Part shown: one piece after another, positions 12,296 through 24,570 of the stretch
How the letters are laid out: every line of letters starts with the position of its first letter
Numbering within the stretch: position 1 is the first letter of the stretch
Origin: Squalus acanthias
Lineage: Eukaryota
DNA length: 64,000 nucleotides
NCBI GenBank assembly: GCA_030390025.1
Contig: JASTWF010000358.1
Location: 62,001 to 126,000, forward strand
Direction: 5' to 3'
Made by a program: the position numbers and the translations under genes
The notes under the pieces: generated by a model
What the model was told of the DNA's origin: nothing
The model's input: only the letters and a program-made list of their open reading frames with translations
The model's database searches: none

Positions 12296-15200
12296 GATGT
12301 TGAGACACCCTCTTTAAAAGTGGTCCCTGATGGTGAGGCTCCCTCTTTAAAAGGGGACCCTGAGGGCGAAAATCTTGCGTTAAAATGGGTCCCTGATGGT
12401 GTGACTCCCACTTTAACAGAAGTACCAGATGCTAAAACACCCTCTTTAAAAGGGGTCCATGAGAGAAAAACTCTCTCCTTTAAAAGTGATCCTTGATGTT
12501 GAGACTCCCTCTTTAAAATGGACCCTTATGGTGAGATTCCCTCTTTAAAAGTGGCCCCTGATGGTGAGACTCCCTCTTTAAGATTGGTCCCTAATGGTGA
12601 GACATCCTCTTTAAAAGAGGTCCCTGATGGTGAGAGTCCCTCTTTAAATGTGTTCACTAATGGGGAGACTCTCTCGTTTAAAAGGATCTCTGATGGTGAG
12701 ACTCCCACTTTGAAAGGTTCCCTAATGGGGAGATTCTCTGTTTAAAAGGGGTCCGAGTTGGTGAGACTCCCTCTTTAAAAGGGTGCCTGATAGAAATACT
12801 TCCACTTTAAAAAAGGCTCCCTGATGGTGAGACTCACTCTTTAAAAGCTGTCCCTGATGGTAAGACTCTCTTTAAAAGGGATCCCTGAGTGAAAGACGCC
12901 CTCTTTAAAAGGGGACCCGGATGGTGATACGACCTCTTTAAAAATGGTCCGAGATTTTCTCTTTAAAAGTGATCCCTGATGGTGAGACTCTCTCCTTTAA
13001 AGTGGTCACTGATGCTGAAACTACCTCTTTACAAGGGGTCCCTGATAGAATGGCTCTCTATTTAAAAAAGATCCCAGAGGGTGAGAGTCCCTCTTTAAAA
13101 GGGTCGCTGATATAAATACTCTCTCTTTAAAATGGATCCCTGATGTTGAGACTTTCTCTTTAAAAGATCTCTCTGATGGTGAGAGACACTGTATAAAAGG
13201 GGTCCCTGATGGTGATACTCCATCTTTAAAAGGTGTCCCTGGTGGAGAGACTCTCTCTTTGAAGTGGTCCCTGGTGCTGAAAGTACCTCTTTACAAGGTG
13301 TCCCTAATGGGGAAGCTCCCTCATTAAAAGGGGCCGCTGATGTTAGGACGCTCTCTTTAAATGAGCTCCCTAATGCTTAAAGACCGTCTTTAAAAGGGGT
13401 CATTGATAGAAAGACGCTCTCTTTAAAATGGGTCCCCGATGGCGAGACAACCACTTTAAAAGGGCTCCCGGATGGTGAGACTCCCTCATTAAAATGGGTC
13501 CCTGATGATGAGACTCCCTCTTTAAAAGGGGTCCATGATGGTGAGAATATCTCATTAAAATGGGTCCCAATGGTGAGACTCCCTCTTTAAAAGGGGTCCC
13601 TAATGGGGAGGTTCTCTCTATAAAAGGGATCCCTGATGGTGAGTCTCACTCATTAATAGGGATCCCTGATGGTAAGACTATCTTTAAAAGGGCTCCCTGA
13701 TAGAAGGACTCCTTCTTTAAAAGGGATCCCTGATGATGAGTCTCCCTCTTTAAAATGACTCCCTGATTGAAAGTCTCCCTCTTTAAAAGGGTCTCTGATG
13801 TTGGGACTCCCACTTTAAAAGGGATCCCTAATGGGGTGACTCTCTCGTTAAAAGGGTGCCTTATGGTGAGGTTCCCTCTTTAAAAGAGGCCGCTGATGGT
13901 GAGAATCTCTCTAAAAGGGATCTCTGATGTGGACCCTGATGGTGGGCCTCTTTAAAAGTGGTCCGTAATGGGGAGACTCTCTCTTTAAAAAGAGTCCCGG
14001 ATGCTGAAACACATTTTTTTAAAAAGGGGTCCCTGCTGCTGAGCCACTTAAAAAGTGGACCCCAATGGGGAGACTCTCTCTTTCAAAGGGGTCCCTGATA
14101 GAAAGACTCTCTGTTTAAAAAAATCTCCCCGAGGATGAGACTCCCTCTTTAAAAGGGGTCCCTAATAGAAAGTCTCCAATTTAAAAAGATCTCTGATGGA
14201 GAGACTCCCTCTTTAAAAGTGGTCCCTGAAGATGAGACTCCCACTTTAAAATAAGTGCCTGATGGGGAGACTCTAAATAAAAGGGAACCCTGCTGGTGAG
14301 ACTCGCTATTTAAAAGCTGACCCTGATGGTGAGACTCTCTCTTTAAAAGGGGACACTGATGGTGAGACTCCCTCTTTAAAATGCGTCCCTGATAGGGAGA
14401 CTCTCGATAAAAGAGGTCCCTGATGGGGAGGCTCCCTCTTTAAAAGGGAACCCTGATGGTGAGACTCCCTTTTTAAAAGGGTTCCGTGATGGTGAGTCTC
14501 TCTATTTAAAAGGGGTCCCTGAAGGTGACCCACCCGCTTTAAAAGGTTCCATGATGGTGAGGCACTCTCTTTAAAAGATGTCCATGATGGTGAGACACCC
14601 GCTTTAAATGTGGTCCCTGATGTTGAGATTTTCTCTTTAAAAGGGGTCCCTGATGGAGAAACTATCTCTTTAAAACCGGTCCCTGATGCTGAAACTCCCT
14701 CTTTAAAAAGGATCCCTGATGGTGAGACTCACTTTTTAAAAGTGTTCCATAGTGGAGAGATTCTCTCATTAAAAGGGTTCCATGATGTTGAGACTCCCTC
14801 TTTAAACGGGGTCCCTGATGTGGAATCACACACTTTAAAAGGTGTCCCTGATGGAGACACTCCCTCTTCAAAAGGGAGCCCTGATGGTGAGAATCGCTCG
14901 ATAAATTGTGTCCCGAATAGGAATATTCTCTTTAAAAGGGTTCCTTGATAGAAATACGATCTCTTTAAATGTTTCCCGAGAGTGAGTCACCCTCTTTAAA
15001 ACGGCTCCCTGATTTAAAAAACTCTCTCTTTAAAAGGAGACTCTGGTGGAGAGGATCTCTCATTAAAGGTGTCCCTGATGAAAACATTCCCGCTTTAAAG
15101 GAGTCCCTGACAGAAATATTCGCTCTTTAAAAGGGGTCTCTGGTGGAGAGACTCTCTCATAAAAAGCGGTCCCTGAAGGGGATACTCCCTCTTTAAAAGT

Positions 15201-16323
15201 GTCCCCTGAAGGTGAGACCCTCTCTTTAAAAGGGGTCCCTGATGCTAAAACACCAACTTTAAAACGATTCCTGATGGCGAGACTCTCTCTTTAAAAGGGG
15301 ACCCTGAGGGTGAGACAACCACATAAAAAGGGATCCCTGATAGGGAGACTCAATCTTTAAAAGGGTCTCTGATGGTGAGACGTTCTCTTTAAAAGGGGAG
15401 ACTGACGGTGACTCTCTCTTTAAAATGTGTCCCTAATAGGAAGATTCTCTTTAAACATGATCCCTGATATAAAGTCTCCCTCTTTAAAAGAGTTCCCTGA
15501 TAGGGAGACTCAATCTTTAAAAGGGTCTCTGATGGTGAGACGTCCTGTTTAAAAGCGGAGACCGACGGTGAGACTTTCTTTAAAAGTGGTCCATGATGGG
15601 GAGACTTCCCATTTAATAGGTGTCCCTGATGGTTAGTCTCCCTCGTTTAAAGGGGTCCCTGAAAGGGAGACACCCTCTTTAAAAGGGATCCCTGATGCTG
15701 AGACTCCCTCTTTAAAAGTGGTCCTAAAGTATAGACACTCTCTTTAAAAGGGGTCCCTGATAGAAAACGTCTCTGTTTAATAAAGTGATCACAACGGTGA
15801 GACACCCTCTTTAAAAGGGGACACTGACGGTGAGACTCTCTTTAAAAGGTGTCCATGATGGGTAGACTCCCTATTTTAAAGGGGTACCTGATGTTGTGAC
15901 GCCCTCTTTAAAAGGGGTCCCTGAAAGGGAGACACCATCTTCAAAGCTGTCCCTAATGGAGACACTCCCTCTTTAAAAGGCGTCCCTGATGGTGAGACTC
16001 TCTCTTTAAAATGTGTCCCTAATAGGAAGATTATCTTTAAAAATGATCCCTGATAGAAAGTCTCCTATTTAAAAGAGGTCCCTGATTGTGAGACTCCCTC
16101 TTTAAATGGGGTCCCTGATGGAGAGACTTTCTATTTAAAGGGGTTCCGTGATGGCGAGACTCCCTCCTTAAAACGGTGTCGCTGGTGGAGATACTCTCTC
16201 TTTAAAAGGGTCCCTGATGGGGTAACTCCCTCATTAATGGGCCCCAGATGGTGAGACTCTCTCTGTAAAAGGGGACCCTGAAGGTCAGACGGTATCTTTA
16301 AAAGGGGTCCCTGATGGTAAGAC
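12296..16323 (+). repeat. 33-bp satellite
   Basis: Tandem diverged units. Confidence 0.95.
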
Positions 16324-17752
16324 TGAAGGGATAATTACCAGTCTTAGACCTTTTCGGGCTACCCCAGATCAGGCGTATTCCCCAGACGTTCAGCTTGAAC
16401 TAATGTTAGAGATAGCCGAATCCTCTAAGACGCTTAATTGGTTCTAAAGATCAGACCATCTTTCCGTAAACGAAAGGAACGACTTGAAAATGTTACCGTC
16501 CTCCAGATAGCACGTTTAATAAGTTTAACTAGAGTGTAACATTCCGGATATTATGAGGGTCCGGAAATCTCCCCCAGTATTCTAAAATTCTCAACCAAGA
16601 GTGTTCAGAGATTGAGTTCGCGAGTTTGATACAGAAATACTCTGTGACACAATTCTAAAAATATATAGATTCATTAAAGCACCGACATGTAGTTAACAAC
16701 TGGTGATTTCAGTCGCAACATTAAAAGTAATAAAAACAAATAGCTTACAATTCTTATTCTCAAATATTATCTTCGTTACATTTCTACTTATTCTTAATCC
16801 AGAATATCCACCAATATCAAATACCTTTGATTACCCGAGACTCAAAGAGTTGAAAACTTACAGAGCTTGCCTCTGAAGTTGAGAATCGCTTGCCCCTTCC
16901 ATTGAATTCTGACTTGCTATCTGAAAGGTCTATATTTTATACCCTTTCTCAGTGGTTTATTCTTTGAAGTTTTCTCCTGATGTAAGCTAATTATCTCCAG
17001 TCATATTTCTGTTGACATCTTTCTATTCTTTCAGTCAGTTCAGCTGCTGCATGAAAAATTATATCTCCTCGTTTAGGTGTTCAAAACTTATCTTAAAAAA
17101 TGGTTATGACAGATGTATCTATTTAATGCCATTCTTACGAAGCTCTTCCATTCAATTCTTAAATCACCTCAGCTGATTGTATGCCAGGTTCTTCGCGTCT
17201 CCTAACTGTTCCAAGTTCAATACAAACACTATGTGATTTCTTGGTGCATCTATTGATGTCATATTTACAAAGTCTTTTGCTTGTACCTTTTACAACATGT
17301 AAATGTAAACTCACTTCAACCGAGTACATGAATGTTTTCCTAGCTAATTCAATTGTTTGTATTACAAACTTATATCTCCTGTCTGTCATTTGATGTCATA
17401 TTTATGAAGGGAGATGTATTTATAATGTTCTGTGTTTCTGTTTGACGTGTCAGTTTATAACACTTTAAACAGGGTATAGCTATTGTGCAGGTTCCAAACT
17501 GCAGACTTCTTGGAAGCTCCAACCCATTGCTTCATCAGGGCCATTGTTTCAGTGTCAACAAGCAATTCCCATTTCAAAAGCTCGTATGGTGTTTACTGCT
17601 TTGCGTAAATAACTCATTTGATCTCAAAAGCCTGTATTTACAGCTTTAGCTTGTTAAGGTTTCCAGATTTTTAAACACAGTTTGTCATGTTTTAATAATC
17701 AAAATTATTTCACAGGTTGGTTTAATTTTATGAAATATGGCTATTCTTTACA
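16324..17752 (-). mobile_element. Foamy-like solo LTR (LTR4, long U3 type), TSD AGAC/ATAC
   Basis: ggta AGAC|TGAAGGG...TCTTTACA|ATAC tccc (one mismatch). Confidence 0.88.
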
Positions 17753-20415
17753 ATACTCCCTCTTTAAAAGGGGTCCCTGATGGTGAAACTCCCTCTTTAA
17801 ATAGGTCCCTGATGGAGAGATTATCTCTTTAAACGTGGTCACTGATGGTGAGACTCCCTCTTGAAAAGGGGTCCCTGATGGTGAGACTCTACCTTTAAAA
17901 GGGGTCCCTCAAGGTGAGACTCACTCATTTAAAGGAGTCCGTGAAGGTAAGACTCACTTTCAAATGGCTCCCTGATAGAAAGACTCCCTCTTTAAAAGGG
18001 ATCCCTGTTTGTGAGACTCTCTCTCCTGATGGTGAGACTCTCACTTTAAAAGGGGTCCCTGATGGAGAGTCTATATATTTAAAAGGGGTCCCTGAAACTT
18101 TAACTCCCCTTTTCAAAGTTTGCTCTGATGGTGAGCCAACCGCTTTCAAAAAAAAGGTTCCCTGGTGGAGAGACTATCTCATTAAAAGGAGTCCCTGATG
18201 CTGAAACTCGTTTTTTAACAGGGGTCCCTGACTTTCTCATTGAAAGGGGTCGCATGTAGAGAGATTATTTCTTTAAACGCTGTCCCTGATAGGGATACAC
18301 CCTCTTTAAAAGTGGTCCCTGATTGTGAGACTATCTCTTTAAAAGGGGTCCCTGATGGGGAGACTCTCTCTTTAAAAGGGATCCCAGATGGGTATACTCA
18401 ATTTTAAAAGGGGTCCCTGACGGTGAAACACCCTCTTTAATACGGGTCCTTGATGGTGAGACTCTCACTTTAAAAGGGGTCCCTAATGCAGAGAATGTTT
18501 CTTTAAAATGTGTCCCTGATGCTTTAACACCCTTTTTTAAAGGGTTCCCTGATGGTGAGACTCCCGCTTTAAAATTGGTCCCTTGTGGAGAGTCTCTCTC
18601 AATAAAAGGGGTGCCATGTAGAGAGATTATCTCTTTAAAAGGTGCCCCTGAAACGGAGACTCCCTCTTTAAAATGGTTCCCTGATGATGAGTCTCTCTCT
18701 TTAAAAGGGGTCCCTGATGCTGAAACACTCTCGCTGATTGTGAGACTATCTCTTTGAACAGGGGCACTGATGGGGCGAATCGCCCTTTAACAGGGGTCCC
18801 TGATGGGGATACTCACTCTTTAAAACGGGTGCCTGATGGTGAGATTCCTCCTTTAAAAGGGGTCCCTGATGTTTACGCTCACTCTTTAATCGCGGTCCTT
18901 GATTGGGAGACACCCTCTTAAAAAGGTGTCCCTGATGGAGATATTCCCTCTTTAAAAGGGTTCCCTGATGATGACACTCTCTGTTTAAAACGTGACCCTG
19001 ATAGAACGAATCCGTCTTTAAATGGGTCCTTGACATAAAAAGATTTCTCCCTAAAATGGATCCACGAGGGTGAGACTCCCTCTTTAATAGGCTTCCCTGA
19101 AGGGGAGATTATCTCTTCAAAAGGTGTCCCCGATGGAGACACACCCTCTTTAAAAGGGATCCCTGATAGAGAGACTCCCTCTTTAAAAGGGTCTCTGATG
19201 GTGAGACACCCTCTTTAAAAGGAGTCTCTGATGGGGATACTCCCTCCGTAAAATGGGTCCCTGATGTTGAGACTCCATCTTCAAAATGGGTCCCTATGTT
19301 GACATTCCCTCTTTAATAGCAGTCCCTGATGCTAAAACATACTCTTTTAAACGGGTCCCTGATGGTGAGCAACCCTCTTTAAAGGGGTTCCGTGATACTG
19401 AAACTAGCACTTTAAATGGGGTCCCTGATGATTTAACTCCCTTTTTAAAAGGATTTCCTGATGGTGAGACTCCCTCTTTAAAAGGGGTCCCTAATGCTGA
19501 AACTCGCTCTTTAAAAAGGGTCCCAGGTGGAGAGACTCTCTCCTTAAAAGGGGTCCCTGTTGGTGAGACTCTCTCTTTAAAACGTGTGCCTGATGGTGAG
19601 ACTCTCTCTTTAAAAGGGGTGCCTGATGGTGAGACTCTCTCTTTAAAAAGGGCCCCTTATGTAGAAACACCCTCATTAACATGGGTTCCTGATGGGGATA
19701 TTCCCTCTTTAAAAGGGTTCTCTGATGCTGAAACACACTCTTCAAAAGGGGACCCTGACCGTGAGACTCGCTTTAAAAAGGGTCCCTGATGGTCAGATTC
19801 TCTCTTTAAATGGTGTCCCTGATAGAAAGACTCCCACTTTAAAAGGGGTCCTTGATAGAAACGCTTGCTCTTTAAAATGGGTCCCCGAGGGTGAGACTCC
19901 CTTTTAAAATGGTTCCATGATAGAAAGACTCGCACCTTAAAGGGGACCCTGATGGGGAAAATCTCACTTTAAAAGAGGACCCTGATGGTGAGATAGTTTT
20001 TTTAAAGGGGTGCCTGATGGCGAGATTCTCAGTCTTTAAACGTGTCCCTGATCGTGAGATTCCTCCTTTAAAAGGGGTCCCTGATGTTTAGGCTCACTCT
20101 TTAATAGCGGTTCTTCAAGGGGAGACACCCTCTTAAAAAGGTATCTCTGATGGAGATATTCACTCTTTAAAAGGGGTCCTTGATGGTGAGACTCACTCTT
20201 TAAAAGATGTCACAGGTAGAAAGAATCCCACTTTAAAAGGGGTCATTGATAGAAAAGATTCCTCTTAAAATGGTTCCCCGAGAGCGAGACTCCCTCTTTA
20301 AAAAGTGTCCCTGATGATTAGACACTCTCTTTAATAGGCTTCCCTGATGGTGAGAATATCTCTTCAAAAGGTGTCCCTGATGGAGACACACCCACTTTAA
20401 AAGGGATCCCTGATA
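17753..20415 (+). repeat. 33-bp satellite
   Basis: Tandem units; 18780-19800 is a paralog of 20040-20415 plus 23757-24570. Confidence 0.95.
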
Positions 20416-20510
20416 CATACATAGATACATAGAAGATAGGAGCAGGAGTAGGCCATCCGGCCCTTCGAGCCTGCTCCGCCATTTAATGAGATCATGGCTG
20501 ATCCTTCAAT

Positions 20511-23462
20511 TCAGTATCCCGTCCCCGCCTTCTCTCCGTAACCCTTAACCCCTTTTGCCTGTAGAAATATATCTAATTCCCTCTTAAATATATTTAATGA
20601 GCTGGCGTACACTGCCCTCTGTGGCAATGAGTTCCACAGGTTCACCACTCTCTGAGTGAAGAAATTCCCCCTCATTTCTGTCCTAAATGGTTTAGCCCTT
20701 ATCCTTAAATTATGTCCTCTAGTTCTGTTCTCACCCGCCAAGGGAAACATTCCTTCTGCATCTAACCTGTCTAGACCTGTCAGAATTTTATACACTTCTA
20801 TGAGGTCCCCTCTCAATCTTCTAAACTCCAGTGTGTACATCCCTAAACTACATAGTCTCTCCTCATAGGTCAATCCCGCCATTCCTGGTATCAGCCTGGT
20901 GAATCGCCGCTGCACCCCCTCCATGGCAAGAACATCTTTCCTCAGATGAGGCGACCAAAACTGTACACAGTACTCGAGGTGTGGTCTCACCAGTGCCCTG
21001 TACAGCTGCAGCAAGGTATCCCTGTTCCTGTATTCCAACCCTTTTGCTATGAAGGCCAGCATACCGTTTGCCTTCTTGACCGCCTGTTGCACCTGCATGC
21101 TCGCCTTCAGTGACTGGTGTACAAGAACACCCAGGTCTCTCTGTACTTCCCCCTCTCCCAATTTATTGCCATTTAAATAATAATTTGTCCTCCCGTTCCT
21201 GCACCCAAGGTGGATAACTTCGCACTTGTCCACATTATAGTGCATCTGCCATTTATCCGCCCAATCACCCAGTCTGTCCAAATCGCTCTGGAGCTTCCTG
21301 GTCTCCTCCTCTGAGCCCACCCCCCCTCCTAGTTTAGTGTCGTCTGCAAATTTGGAAATGCTGCATTCGACTCCCTGATCCAGGTCATTAATATAAATTG
21401 TGAACAGCTGGGGACCCAGGACAGATCCCTGTGGTACCCCACTTGTTACTGCCTGCCATTCAGAAAATGAGCCGTTTATTCCAACTCTCTGTTTTCTATC
21501 TGACAGCCAGTTCTCTATCCACGTCAATACTTTCCCCTTTATCCCATGAGCTTCAATTTTCCATGCTAATCTTTTATGTGGGACCTTATCGAAGGCCTTT
21601 TGGAAGTCCAGGTACACCACATCTACTGGCTCTCCCCCATCTATTTTACCAGTTACTCCCTCAAAAAATTCCAATAGATTAGTCAAGCACGATTTACCCT
21701 TTGTAAATCCATGTTGACTCTGTCCTATCCTGTCCCCATTTGCTAAGTGCTCGGCTATTTCATCCTTAATGATGGACTCCAGCATTTTGCCCACAACTGA
21801 TGTAAGGCTTACAGGTCTGTAATTACCTGCTTTTTCCCTACCCCCCTTTTTGAATAGTGGGGTAACGTTAGCTACCCTCCAATCCATGGGCACTGTTCCC
21901 GAGTCTAATGAATTCTGAAAAATCATGCTTAGTGCATCCGCTATCTCTAGGGCCACCTCCTTCAGTACCCTAGGATGCATGTTATCAGGCCCTGGGGATT
22001 TGTCCGCCTTCAATCCCTTTAGCTTCCTTAACACCATATCCTTAGAGATATTGATTTGCGTCAGTTCCTCCTTTGCCAATGTCCCTATTTTTCCCGATAT
22101 CCCAGGGAGGTTTTTTGTGTCTTCCTTCGTAAAGACTGACCCAAAGTATGCATTCAGTTGGTCTGCCATTTCCTTATTTCCCATTATATATTCCCCCGTA
22201 TCTGACTGCAATGGACCAACTTTGGTTTTCACCAGTCTTTTCCTCTTGATATACTTATAAAAGCTTTTGGAGTTAGTTTTTATATTTTCCGCCAGCTTGC
22301 TTTCGTAAGCTATTTTGCCCTTCTTGATTAAGCCCTTTGCCCTCCTTTGCTCTATCTTAAACTGTTCCCAATCTTCCGCTCTGGCGCGTTTTTTGGCTAT
22401 TTTATACGCCCTATCTTTGGATTTTATGCTGTCTCTAATTTCCCCTGTTATCCACGGTTGAGTCACCTTTTTAGATTTCCTTTTATGCCAGATTGGTATA
22501 AACAATTTTTGCAATTTTGTCATTCTATCTTTAAATGCTTGCCATTGTTTATCTACCTCCAGTCCTCCCAGGAACGTTGTCCAATCAGACCTACTCAGTT
22601 CCCGTCTAATGGCATCATAATTCCCCTTGTTTAAATTCAGGACCTGAGTCTCTGAGTCAATTTCTTCGCTCTCCATTTCGAGTGAGAAATCGATCATGTT
22701 ATGATCGCTCTGACCCAAGGGTCCCCGTACAACAAGATTACTAATTAGTCCCTTCTCATTGCACAGTACCCAGTCCAATATAGCCTGTTCCCGAGTTGGT
22801 TCCTCGACATATTGATCCAGATAACCATCCCTTAAACACTCAAGGAATTCCTCCTCCTCATTATTTTTACTGATTAGGCTAGTCCAATCTATATGTAAGT
22901 TAAAGTCACCTATGATGACAGCTGTGCTCTTATTGCACGCTTCTCTAATTTCCCTCGTGATGCCCTCCCCAACCTCTATTTTACTATTTGGAGGCCTATA
23001 TATCACTCCTATTAATGTTTTTCGCCCCTCGCTATTTCTTAGCTCCACCCATATAGATTCTGTATTAACTGAGTTAATATCCTTCCTTTCAATTGCATTT
23101 ATCCCCTCTTTTACCAGCAATGCTACCCCTCCTCCCTTTCTTTTTTGTCGATCCTTCCTAAATACTGAATACCCCTGTATGTTAAGCTCCCAGCCCTGCT
23201 CACCCTGCAACCATGTTTCCGTAATCCCAATTAGATCATAATTATTAACCTCTATTTCCACAGCTAATTCATCTACCTTGTTCCTGATGCTTCTCGCATT
23301 AAGGTATAAAACCCTCAGGCTTTTTTTATGCTCACATTTTTTATGAATTAGTTTGGCCCTTTGTTTTTTGTTCCTCTCCTTTTTACCATTTATTTCTGTC
23401 TGCCTTTCACTTTCCTCTATTTCACTACATGGGTTTCTAGCCCCCTGCCATACTAGTTTAAA
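20511..23462 (-). CDS. CR1 ORF2: APE endonuclease plus reverse transcriptase, uninterrupted
   Basis: LNARS, ITETW, GDFN, SDH (endonuclease); KSPGPD, YRPVSL, QHGF, LDFQKAFD, GVPQGSVLGP, FADD (RT). The frame stays open 67 codons upstream of the track's GTG start, back to the ORF1 stop. Confidence 0.95.
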   Translation of the reverse strand, partial: FKLVWQGARNPCSEIEESERQTEINGKKERNKKQRAKLIHKKCEHKKSLRVLYLNARSIRNKVDELAVEIEVNNYDLIGITETWLQGEQGWELNIQGYSVFRKDRQKRKGGGVALLVKEGINAIERKDINSVNTESIWVELRNSEGRKTLIGVIYRPPNSKIEVGEGITREIREACNKSTAVIIGDFNLHIDWTSLISKNNEEEEFLECLRDGYLDQYVEEPTREQAILDWVLCNEKGLISNLVVRGPLGQSDHNMIDFSLEMESEEIDSETQVLNLNKGNYDAIRRELSRSDWTTFLGGLEVDKQWQAFKDRMTKLQKLFIPIWHKRKSKKVTQPWITGEIRDSIKSKDRAYKIAKKRARAEDWEQFKIEQRRAKGLIKKGKIAYESKLAENIKTNSKSFYKYIKRKRLVKTKVGPLQSDTGEYIMGNKEMADQLNAYFGSVFTKEDTKNLPGISGKIGTLAKEELTQINISKDMVLRKLKGLKADKSPGPDNMHPRVLKEVALEIADALSMIFQNSLDSGTVPMDWRVANVTPLFKKGGREKAGNYRPVSLTSVVGKMLESIIKDEIAEHLANGDRIGQSQHGFTKGKSCLTNLLEFFEGVTGKIDGGEPVDVVYLDFQKAFDKVPHKRLAWKIEAHGIKGKVLTWIENWLSDRKQRVGINGSFSEWQAVTSGVPQGSVLGPQLFTIYINDLDQGVECSISKFADDTKLGGGVGSEEETRKLQSDLDRLGDWADKWQMHYNVDKCEVIHLGCRNGRTNYYLNGNKLGEGEVQRDLGVLVHQSLKASMQVQQAVKKANGMLAFIAKGLEYRNRDTLLQLYRALVRPHLEYCVQFWSPHLRKDVLAMEGVQRRFTRLIPGMAGLTYEERLCSLGMYTLEFRRLRGDLIEVYKILTGLDRLDAEGMFPLAGENRTRGHNLRIRAKPFRTEMRGNFFTQRVVNLWNSLPQRAVYASSLNIFKRELDIFLQAKGVKGYGEKAGTGY

Positions 23463-23756
23463 TGCTCCCGAACTGCTTTATCAAAATTTACCCCGAGAAC
23501 CTCAGTTCCATCTTTGCACAGGTGTAGACCGTCCCTTTTGTATAGGTCACACCTACCACAAAACTGGTCCCAATGCCTCAAAAATTTAAAACCCTCCCTC
23601 TTACACCACTGCTCAAGCCACGTATTTAGCCTAACTATCCTGTTCTCTGTACTCTTACTAGCACGTGGCACTGGTAGTAATCCAGAGATTACTACCTTCG
23701 AGGTCCTACTTTTTAGCTTGGCTCCTAACTCCCTAAATTCTACTTGTAGGACCTCT
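23453..23756 (-). CDS. CR1 ORF1 C-terminus, SGNH esterase-like domain (partial)
   Basis: VVISGLLPVPR..LNTWLEQWC..YKRDGLHL, with the DxxH motif typical of CR1 ORF1. Confidence 0.85.
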
Positions 23757-24570
23757 TCCCTGATAGAGAGACTCCCTCTTTAAAAGGGTCTCTGATGGTG
23801 AGACACCCTCTTTAAAAGGAGTCTCTGATGGGGATACTCCATCTGTAAAAGGCTACCTTGATGGTGAGACTCCCTCTTCAAAATCGGTCCCTATGTTGAG
23901 ATTCCCTCTTTAATAGCAGTCCCTGATGCTAAAACAACCTCTTTTAAAAGGGTCCCTGATGGTGAGCAACCCTCTTTAAAGGGGTTCCATGATGCTGAAA
24001 CTCGAACTTTAAAAAGGGTCCCAGGTGGAGAGTCTCTCTACTTTAAAGGATTCCCTGATGGTGAGACACACTCATTAAAAGTGGTCCCTGATGACGATAC
24101 TCACTCTTTAAAAGGGGTCCCTCAGTGTGAGACTCTCTCTTTCAAAGGTATCCCTGATAGAAAGAAAGCCCTCTTTAAAAGGGGTCCTTGATATTAAATG
24201 TTCTCTTTAAAATGGGTCCTCGAGGGTGAAACACCCTCTGTAAAAGGGGGCCCTGATGGTTACACTCACACTTTAATCGGAGTCCCTGATGGTTAGACTC
24301 ACTCTTTAAAAACTGCCCTTGATGGAGACACACGCTCTTTATAAGGGTATCTGATGGTGATTCTCCCTCTTTAAAAGGGGTCCCAAATGGGGAGACTCTC
24401 TCTATAAATGGGGTGCCTGATGGAGAGACTCTCTCTTTAAAAGGGGCCCCTTATTTAGAAACACCCTCATTAATATGGGTTCCTGATGGTGAGACTCTCT
24501 CTTTAAAAGGGGTCTCTGATGCTGAAACACCCTCTTCAATAGGGACCCTGACGGTGAGACTCGCTTTAAA
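23757..24570 (+). repeat. 33-bp satellite
   Basis: Tandem units. Confidence 0.95.

Larger units (their letters stand above)
20416..23756 (-). mobile_element. CR1 LINE copy 1 (5'-truncated in ORF1, young)
   Basis: 3' tail of CTATGTAT-like repeats. TSD TCCCTGATA at 20407-20415 and 23757-23765. ORF1 C-terminus plus intact ORF2. Confidence 0.95.
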
